Below are positions 7,960 to 14,117 of a stretch of DNA of 14,117 nucleotides, piece by piece (within the stretch, counting starts at the first letter, position 1; every line of letters starts with the position of its first letter). The notes under the pieces were generated by a model. The model was not told the origin of the DNA and ran no database searches. It saw nothing but the letters and a program-made list of their open reading frames with translations. The translations under genes were made by a program, and so were the position numbers. Source of the DNA: Promethearchaeota archaeon (GTDB lineage Archaea; Asgardarchaeota; Lokiarchaeia; Sigyniarchaeales; SOKP01); assembly GCA_048941265.1 (NCBI GenBank), contig JBHLNT010000106.1:1-14117 (forward strand), given 5' to 3'.

Positions 7960-9834
7960 TTATGTTATTAAACCAAATTCCTTAAGTTTTATTTCTACAT
8001 CCATTAAATTAAGTTTTCTTAGTGTTTCTAGCATCGGTACTCCATTTTCATTCCAACCAATGCTATTATAGTATGCAAACCTTTTCTCTTCAAACTTTGT
8101 ACGATTTAATGTTTTTCCTTTATATGGTCCCGAGGTCAATGGTTCCCAGAACTTTGGGGGATTATCATCATCTTCTTTAGGTTTCCATCGAACGTCCGGT
8201 CCACCTAAAAGTAACATAGCTCTTTGGAGGTGAAGAATTCTTTGTGCTTTTTGGTTGAACCATTCCTCTTCTGATAGCTCCCATCCTGTTACTGCTTTAT
8301 AAAAGTTAAATATTGACTTGAATTGTAATAACATTGCGTTAAAAGCACAAAATACCGCAGAATCGGCCATTATCGTTGATAATTCACCATGTCCGCCATC
8401 AATCGGGAGAATGGCGGGTGAACCGTGATCTCCAGCCTGGACCGAGCAAGCATAGCCTATGTGATTAGAGATCATATCTTGTCCGCTCCTAATTCCATGA
8501 GCTCCAATGGCTATACCTTTTTCGTGAACGACATACTTAAGGAGATCAGTTTTTTTCACTTCTCCGATCTTTAATGCTGCTCGATAAATACCCTCTGCTA
8601 AAATATCTCCAATATCTCTTCTAGAGGCTATCTTCTCTGCTAAAGATACAAAAGCATCTGTATCTCCCCATTTTGGTGATATTCCATTTAAATCACTCTC
8701 TGTAAGAATTCTTTTTTCAAATAATTCTGCTGTTAATCCTAAAATTGCTCCACCTTGAATCGCGCACATTCCAAGTTCTTCAATAATATATGATAGATAA
8801 ATATTTTCTTCAGGAGTGAAAATTCCTAGATTAGTACCTAAATATGCTTGAAGCTCGTAATCGGGATTATCGCAAATTGCTCCTTTAAACTTTCCGGTTT
8901 TCAGAACTGAAAGCTTAAGACATGTTAATGGGCAACCATAATCACCCCAATTTTTTTTTACCCAGTATTTATCAAATTCTTCACCAGTATAGCTTTTATT
9001 ATCATGCCATTCTTCCTGCCAATTTCTAATAGGTTCAGAACTAGTCGTATTTCCAAACATATAACACCCTTGTCCTGTTCCCCAGCGTCTAAAAAATCTA
9101 TTTTGAAAATTCCTTTTTGAAATTTTTTCAATTAAATACAGAGTTTTTTCGCTATCGGCGATCTCTGGCAGTGGACCAAAACCTTTAACAACTATCGCCT
9201 TAAGGTTCTTAGAGCCCATTACTCCACCATATCCTCCATATCCTGCAGCATGTGAATATTTAGAGCACACAACTGCAACTCTTGTCCTATTTTCTCCAGC
9301 CGGTCCTATATAAAGAATTGAGGGCTCTTTTATTTGTCCATATTTAGGTCGAGCTTCTCTAAGTTCATCGTTTGATTTCTTTACAAGATAACGTACGGTT
9401 TTTCTAGCTGTTTTTCCCCAAATTGATGAGGCATCTTTAATCTCAACATTATCATCGGATAGAAATAAATAACATGGCTTTTCTGATTTGTTAATAAAAA
9501 TTAGACCATCATATCCAGCACATTTTAAGTCAATTCCAACTTCACCTGAAATGGTTGAGCCCACTATCCCATTACTTTGGGGTGATTTCCCAGAAATACA
9601 AATTCTTGCTCCGGGAAAAAATCCCGTCAATGGTCCAGTAAGTACGAGTAATAGGTTTTCTATTCCTAATGGATCCACGGTTTCCCATGTCTTACCAAGT
9701 CTATCCCATAATATCTTTGTGGCTAAACCCCTCCCCCCAATATAATCCCTTAAAATTTTATCAGGAAATTTTATTTCTTTTATTTGTTTATTAGATAGAT
9801 CTATCTCCAAGAATTTACCAGTATAACCGTTCAT
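7960..9834 (-). CDS. aor: Tungsten-containing aldehyde:ferredoxin oxidoreductase family, large subunit (WOR5-like)
   Basis: YIGGRGLA, KSPQSNG, IGPAGEN, GGVMGSKNLKA, DYGCPLTC, PDYE, DSAVFC, YYNSIGWNENGVP. ATGA overlap with the upstream Fe-S gene. Confidence 0.93.
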   Translation of the reverse strand: MNGYTGKFLEIDLSNKQIKEIKFPDKILRDYIGGRGLATKILWDRLGKTWETVDPLGIENLLLVLTGPLTGFFPGARICISGKSPQSNGIVGSTISGEVGIDLKCAGYDGLIFINKSEKPCYLFLSDDNVEIKDASSIWGKTARKTVRYLVKKSNDELREARPKYGQIKEPSILYIGPAGENRTRVAVVCSKYSHAAGYGGYGGVMGSKNLKAIVVKGFGPLPEIADSEKTLYLIEKISKRNFQNRFFRRWGTGQGCYMFGNTTSSEPIRNWQEEWHDNKSYTGEEFDKYWVKKNWGDYGCPLTCLKLSVLKTGKFKGAICDNPDYELQAYLGTNLGIFTPEENIYLSYIIEELGMCAIQGGAILGLTAELFEKRILTESDLNGISPKWGDTDAFVSLAEKIASRRDIGDILAEGIYRAALKIGEVKKTDLLKYVVHEKGIAIGAHGIRSGQDMISNHIGYACSVQAGDHGSPAILPIDGGHGELSTIMADSAVFCAFNAMLLQFKSIFNFYKAVTGWELSEEEWFNQKAQRILHLQRAMLLLGGPDVRWKPKEDDDNPPKFWEPLTSGPYKGKTLNRTKFEEKRFAYYNSIGWNENGVPMLETLRKLNLMDVEIKLKEFGLIT

Positions 9835-10367
9835 GGGCTTAACACCTCCTTTGTAATCTCTTCTCCTAGAATTTGTTTAGCAACATTAATAGTGAGTTCT
9901 TTAGGTTTTTTCGCCATACTGCCGCGATTAACACTCTTTGATTTTTGAATAACGGTTAATGCATTCCATCTGCCCTTTTGACAAGCCTTCGCGCATAAAG
10001 GTGTCCCGTTACACAAATCACATATTACGATGCAATCTTTCCCCGGATGGAGGTGTGGTATATCTCCAGGGCAAGCATCTATACACATCCCGCATGATAT
10101 ACATTTTGATTCGTCTACAATTACCGCACCAGTTTTATCATTTATTGTTAGAGCCTCCTCGGGGCAGGCTTCAACACAAGGATAATCTTCACATTGAAAA
10201 CAAAGATGAGGAATCTCGACTCCCGGAACAAGCATGAAGATTCGGATTCTTGATGCTTCGGGCCAAATTTTACCCTCATGAGAGATAGAACACGCAATTT
10301 CGCATCTTCTGCATCCACTGCAGGTTTCATAATTGCGTTTTATCCATATTTGTTCATCCTGACTAAT
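9831..10367 (-). CDS. 4x[4Fe-4S] electron-transfer small subunit of the oxidoreductase (DmsB/HydN-type); proposed ATT start
   Basis: The ORF-track call (ATG 10235) lacks the first cluster motif. The same frame continues upstream as ISQDEQIWIKRNYETCSGCRRCEIACSISHEGKIWPEASRIRIF, which completes four 4-Cys groups. No in-frame ATG/GTG/TTG occurs before the upstream TAG. Confidence 0.9.
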   Translation of the reverse strand: MSQDEQIWIKRNYETCSGCRRCEIACSISHEGKIWPEASRIRIFMLVPGVEIPHLCFQCEDYPCVEACPEEALTINDKTGAVIVDESKCISCGMCIDACPGDIPHLHPGKDCIVICDLCNGTPLCAKACQKGRWNALTVIQKSKSVNRGSMAKKPKELTINVAKQILGEEITKEVLSP

Positions 10368-10427
10368 CTTGGATCGCTTCTTTTTGATCTAATTTTACAA
10401 TCTGACATAAGAAAACAAAAAATTCTT

Positions 10428-10445
10428 ATATCGGAATTGCGATAT
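10428..10445. promoter_or_regulatory. Palindromic operator, site 1 (candidate PadR site)
   Basis: ATATCG-GAATTG-CGATAT, in the divergent region between the aor operon and padR. Confidence 0.65.
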
Positions 10446-10465
10446 TTTTTAATAATTAGAACTCT

Positions 10466-10473
10466 TATTTAAA
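10466..10473 (-). promoter_or_regulatory. Candidate TATA box for the Fe-S/aor operon
   Basis: TTTAAATA on the minus strand, lying between the two palindromes. Confidence 0.45.
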
Positions 10474-10474
10474 G

Positions 10475-10492
10475 ATATTGGTTAACCGATAT
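10475..10492. promoter_or_regulatory. Palindromic operator, site 2 (candidate PadR site)
   Basis: ATATTGGTTAACCGATAT, one mismatch from a perfect 18-bp palindrome and the same consensus as site 1. Confidence 0.65.
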
Positions 10493-10533
10493 TATTCATA
10501 AAAAGTTAATATAATATATCTAAAGGAAGATAC

Positions 10534-10836
10534 ATGACTTACCACAAAATGAAAGGACTCCTCTCTTTTCTAATACTATGGGTAATTAAAAATAGAAAGA
10601 TGACTGGAGTGGAAATAACCACAGAACTCGAAAAAAGAAAAGGTAGAAAACTAAGTCCTGGTACAATATATCCTGTGTTAAAAAAACTTAAAAAAGATGG
10701 ATTGCTTGAAATGGATGAAAACAAATGTTATGCTCTCACAGAATTAGGGATTAAAGAATTGAAGTATCGATTAGGAATTTTTCTAAAAACTTTTCCTGAT
10801 ATTGAGGATATGAGAGATTTTATAAAAAAAAATTAA
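10534..10836 (+). CDS. PadR-family transcriptional regulator
   Basis: MKGLLSFLILWVI...TGVEI...LSPGTIYPVLKKLKKDGLL...YALTELG is the classic short PadR winged helix. Confidence 0.92.
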   Translation: MTYHKMKGLLSFLILWVIKNRKMTGVEITTELEKRKGRKLSPGTIYPVLKKLKKDGLLEMDENKCYALTELGIKELKYRLGIFLKTFPDIEDMRDFIKKN

Positions 10837-10890
10837 AAAAAAAGTATAAAATTAAATTGACCTCAATGCTGTCCTAATTTTAAATTATCT

Positions 10891-11616
10891 TTATTTTAAG
10901 AACATTCTCTTTATCCAATTTGGTAAAACGAATGCTCCGTAAAATAATATCGCACTTAAGATCAAAATAAGCCTGAAAATTATTAAAGTTAAAGCAGTAG
11001 TAGGAATTGACGCATCTAAGAAACCACCGATACAAAACAATGGAAAAGCAATCAAAAGCAGCTTTCCCTTTAATTTTGTTTCGGAATCGTTTATTTTCAT
11101 AGTCTCTAATGCAAATTTAACACCTGTAACGAAGAAAATTACGATAAATATCACTAAAAGTACTGCTAAAACATAACTTCTGGCAGCTGTATCAACTGGA
11201 CTAATCTTCTCCGCTATAAGGTTTGGATTTGTAAATATAAAATAGAAAAAGACTGTGTAAAAAATAATGACATAAATTACATTTCCCAGAAGAAAAATAA
11301 ATTGTTTATCTTTTAGCAAGAAATTAGAAAACGCAATAGCCCATAAAATGAGAGCTATGGGTAATGGAATAAAGTTCAAAAGCAAAATCATTTCAAGAGA
11401 AAGACCATCTCCTCCCGTGAACAAGGCCACTAGGAAAGATGCGCTAGTTCCATACCATCCGCTAATTAAAAATATCCACGTGAATCCTACTAATAGGAAA
11501 TTTTTATCCTTAGTTTTAAAATATTTTAATACAATAATAATCCCTAAAATAATAGAAATTACGACAAATAAGAGCCCAAAAGTGCCGTTAACAATATCTA
11601 AAGGTTCTAATGACAT
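10891..11616 (-). CDS. 7-TM membrane protein of a family expanded in Lokiarchaeia
   Basis: Seven hydrophobic segments, ending LFYGAFVLPNWIKRMF. Start moved to ATG 11616 (MSLEPLD), which follows AAAGGAGA. Confidence 0.8.
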   Translation of the reverse strand: MSLEPLDIVNGTFGLLFVVISIILGIIIVLKYFKTKDKNFLLVGFTWIFLISGWYGTSASFLVALFTGGDGLSLEMILLLNFIPLPIALILWAIAFSNFLLKDKQFIFLLGNVIYVIIFYTVFFYFIFTNPNLIAEKISPVDTAARSYVLAVLLVIFIVIFFVTGVKFALETMKINDSETKLKGKLLLIAFPLFCIGGFLDASIPTTALTLIIFRLILILSAILFYGAFVLPNWIKRMFLK

Positions 11617-11819
11617 AGGTAATATTTCTCCTTTAAAATTTATTAAGATTATTTTATTTATAAAAATCCTTAGCATTAATTCTTTATCAATTCTTGGTTT
11701 TTAGTAAATTATTCCAAAAAACTATGATTAAGAAATTTTATGACCTATAAGCATTAAATTTTAAATCGTTTTATCTCATTTTATATATTATAGAAAGAAT
11801 AATTTTAAGGTGTTCAAGA

Positions 11820-12182
11820 ATTTATACTGACAAAGTATTGGAACATTTTAAGAATCCACGAAATATGGGAGAAATGGAAGATGCAGATGCCGTAGGAGAG
11901 TATGGAAATCCTGTATGTGGAGATTTGATGTATATTTATATAAAAGTTAAAGATGATAAAATTGATGATATTTCTTTCCAAACATTTGGATGTGCAGCTG
12001 CTATTGCTACATCAAGCATGGTAACCGAGTTGGCAAAAGGAAAAACATTAGATGAGGCAATGAACATTACTAGAAATGATGTTGCTGACGCTTTAGACGG
12101 TCTTCCACCAATTAAACTACATTGTAGTAATTTAGCTGCCGATGCTTTACATGAAGCTATAAAGAAATATCGTCAAAAATAA
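11820..12182 (+). CDS. iscU: Fe-S cluster scaffold IscU/NifU; proposed ATT start
   Basis: HFKNPRNMG, GNPVCGD, FQTFGCAAAIATSS, LPPIKLHCSNLA. The conserved N-terminus YTDKVLEHF lies upstream of the track's TTG 11838. ATT 11820 occupies the Met position, 7 nt after AAGGTG. Confidence 0.95.
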   Translation: MYTDKVLEHFKNPRNMGEMEDADAVGEYGNPVCGDLMYIYIKVKDDKIDDISFQTFGCAAAIATSSMVTELAKGKTLDEAMNITRNDVADALDGLPPIKLHCSNLAADALHEAIKKYRQK

Positions 12183-12268
12183 CTTATTTAAATTCTTTTA
12201 TTCAATATTAATTGAATAACGTCATCTTAAATAAAAAGTATCCACACTGTAAGCATATAAAAAGCCTC

Positions 12269-12718
12269 TTAATGTTTTTCAAAAGAGTTTTTAAAAGCTT
12301 TTGCACAATGTTTACAGCAAAAATTCATCTCCTTCCCCTCAATTACTTCAGTGTGATAATTATCATATAATTTTACTCCACAACTAGCACAGATTTTTAA
12401 TTTTGATTCTACCGCCGCTTCAATTAAATTATTAAATCTTGAAAATATCCTGTCAATAAATTCATCACCCGTAGAAGTTAATCTAATTCCTTTCACACGA
12501 CCTGTGTTTTTTTTTTGAATATCTTCAATGTATCCACTTTCTTTGAGGGTTTTTAAAAAATCATAAATGCTTGTTGGACTTGCTGTTGTGCCTAGATCCT
12601 CTTTTAGACGATTAATAATTTTATATCCCGTTAATCTATTTTTAGATTTTAGTAATAATAAGATATAGAATCTTGTTATACTTTGAATTTTTATATCTTG
12701 AGTTTCAGTCATTTTCAA
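12269..12718 (-). CDS. PadR-type winged-helix regulator with C-terminal TRASH metal-binding domain (probable copper regulator)
   Basis: FYILLLL...LTGYKII...SPTSIYDFLKTLKESGYI...LTSTG, then CASCG-x15-FCCKHC. Divergent from copA. Start is TTG 12718 or ATG 12712. Confidence 0.88.
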   Translation of the reverse strand: MKMTETQDIKIQSITRFYILLLLKSKNRLTGYKIINRLKEDLGTTASPTSIYDFLKTLKESGYIEDIQKKNTGRVKGIRLTSTGDEFIDRIFSRFNNLIEAAVESKLKICASCGVKLYDNYHTEVIEGKEMNFCCKHCAKAFKNSFEKH

Positions 12719-12790
12719 CTCTCACTGTTTAAAATATGAAACTTTTGTTTATTAAAAATTTCGTATATATTTCATAATAGTCATATTTAA

Positions 12791-12812
12791 ATATATACTG
12801 ATTAGTATATAT
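12791..12812. promoter_or_regulatory. Palindromic operator overlapping a TATA-like box of the cop genes
   Basis: ATATATACT-GATT-AGTATATAT (perfect 9-bp arms) overlaps TTTAAATA at 12786-12793. Confidence 0.6.
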
Positions 12813-12888
12813 CATAAGATAATAAATTTTAAAAAATCAAATAAAAACTAAAAAAAACCTATTAAAAATTAGGAGCTGAGTTGATTTT

Positions 12889-13212
12889 ATGTTATTGGAT
12901 GAGATGCATGGAGAAGAAAATCATATGATGGATTGGATGTCTAGAGGACAAGTAGATTGGATATTTATATTAGCAGGATGGATTATATTTCTTATGTTTG
13001 TGGTCATACTTTTATACATGCTTAACAGAGGATCAAAGAATTTTGCGAATAATAATGATTTGCGGAACCAACCTAATCAAGATCTCTCATTGGGCGTTAA
13101 AATTGATAAAACGCAACATGATCGTTCCATTTTTTGTCCTAATTGCGGAGAAAAAATAGATGGTAAAACACCTAAATATTGTCCAAGATGTGGGAACAAA
13201 ATTTGGACCTAA
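12889..13212 (+). CDS. Small membrane protein: His/Met-rich N-terminus, one TM helix, C-terminal zinc ribbon
   Basis: MHGEENHMMDWM; hydrophobic WIFILAGWIIFLMFVVILLYML; CPNCG...CPRCG. Confidence 0.82.
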   Translation: MLLDEMHGEENHMMDWMSRGQVDWIFILAGWIIFLMFVVILLYMLNRGSKNFANNNDLRNQPNQDLSLGVKIDKTQHDRSIFCPNCGEKIDGKTPKYCPRCGNKIWT

Positions 13213-13358
13213 TAACGCTGAATTATAAAATAAATAGAATATTTACTCTTTTTTTTAGTTTTTAATTATGAATTACTACAAATGTTTACAATTTATAAAC
13301 AAAATATAGAAAAATTAAAACAAAAATTAATAATATGAAGAAAAAGAAGTGATCTGAT

Positions 13359-14117
13359 ATGGATGATATTTCTGATGAGAAAGTTAAAATTAAACTTGGT
13401 GGGATGACATGTGCTTCATGTGCATTAAAAATTGAAACTAAACTGAAAAACATGGAAGGAGTTAGAAGTTCACTTGTAAATTTTGCTAACGAAGAGGCAA
13501 CGGTTGAATATAACCCAAAACGGACCAATTATTATGAGTTTGATAAAGCAATAAAGGATCTAGGATATAAAGCTTCACTTGCTAAAATTGATTTAAAAAT
13601 AGTTGACTCACTTTCTGAAGAAGAATTTGATACTCTTACTAAAAAGATTAAAGAAATATCGGGAATCTACAATGTACGAGGTAATTATAAGGCAGCAAAA
13701 TTATTTATTGAATTCAATGAGCTTCAAATAGATGAAAATAAAGTTTATACTTCAGTGAAAAATCTAGGGTATAAAATAGAAAAAGCAGCTGGTGTAGTTG
13801 ATAAGGAAATTGAACAACATAAGAAAGAAATGAAATATCGCTTAAGAATTCTTATAATATCTTTAATCTTTGCTGCAATTATCGCTCCTGTAAATTGGCT
13901 TGTTCCTCCTTCATTTACTCGTAATTTATTTTTGACAATATTAGCAACCGGGAATTATATTATAGCAGGTTCCTTTTTCTTCGAGGGTGCTTATAAATCC
14001 TTAAAAAATAAATCTGCAAATATGGATGTTTTAATCATACTAGGAACTACAACTGCTTATGTATATTCGTTTTTGACGACTTTTTTTATATCAGGAGAAG
14101 TTTTCTATGAGGCAATG
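13359..14117 (+). CDS. copA: Heavy-metal P1B-type ATPase CopA, 5' part (truncated by window edge)
   Basis: Hand translation gives 253 open codons: MDDISDEKVKIKLGGMTCASCALKIE (HMA), a second HMA-like fold, TM segments, then GAYKSLKNKSANMDVLIILGTTTAYVYS and FYEA. SD-like AAGTGATC before the ATG. Absent from the ORF track because there is no stop in the window. Confidence 0.93.
   Translation, partial: MDDISDEKVKIKLGGMTCASCALKIETKLKNMEGVRSSLVNFANEEATVEYNPKRTNYYEFDKAIKDLGYKASLAKIDLKIVDSLSEEEFDTLTKKIKEISGIYNVRGNYKAAKLFIEFNELQIDENKVYTSVKNLGYKIEKAAGVVDKEIEQHKKEMKYRLRILIISLIFAAIIAPVNWLVPPSFTRNLFLTILATGNYIIAGSFFFEGAYKSLKNKSANMDVLIILGTTTAYVYSFLTTFFISGEVFYEAM

Noticed and set aside
756-9833. Selenocysteine recoding at TGA stops (756, 5132, 9831)
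   Set aside because: Two are followed within a few codons by TAA and the third is an ATGA coupling overlap. None aligns with a catalytic Cys.
7960-10367. Apparently higher GC in the aor operon as a sign of horizontal transfer
   Set aside because: Judged only by eye. iscS looks similarly enriched, Gly/Ala/Pro content can explain it, and no mobility genes or flanking repeats are seen.
9488-10472. ORFs 9488-9745, 9959-10237, 10278-10472 (+) and 10148-10330 (-)
   Set aside because: They overlap the aor and Fe-S genes antisense or out of frame. The Cys motif lies in the Fe-S gene's own frame, so 10148-10330 is not its missing N-terminus.
11617-11676. 20-codon extension of the 7TM gene
   Set aside because: A good SD (AAAGGAGA) precedes the internal ATG at 11616.
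13335-13352. In-frame MKKKK-TGA upstream of copA as possible selenocysteine readthrough or uORF
   Set aside because: The TGA is part of the SD-like AAGTGATC, is not at a Cys-equivalent position, and no SECIS is evident.
10539-13528. ORFs 10539-10724, 11348-11704 and 13286-13528
   Set aside because: Antisense shadows of padR, the 7TM gene and copA.

Overview
AT-rich archaeal chromosomal segment, most likely an Asgard archaeon of the Lokiarchaeia (inferred from the Zn-finger/Roadblock-like protein at 4197, the 7TM family at 10891, TATA-type promoters and GGTG-type SD sites). It is a metal/redox neighbourhood. It encodes a 4x[4Fe-4S] polyferredoxin, an AfpA-type flavoprotein, cysteine desulfurase IscS and scaffold IscU (about 7.7 kb apart), and a WOR5-like tungsten oxidoreductase with its Fe-S small subunit and a divergent PadR regulator. 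It also carries a copper module (PadR-TRASH regulator, small His/Met-rich zinc-ribbon membrane protein, CopA running off the right edge) and an unusual beta-CASP nuclease. Most notable: (1) two conserved genes can only be complete if they start at ATT, each with an SD-like element at the same 7-nt spacing as the ATG-initiated copA, and a third unannotated ORF also lacks a canonical start; (2) the beta-CASP nuclease has a duplicated ~106-aa N-terminal domain I cannot assign; (3) both PadR genes sit beside 18-bp palindromes of the same ATAT-N10-ATAT geometry. No RNA genes, CRISPR arrays or mobile elements were seen.
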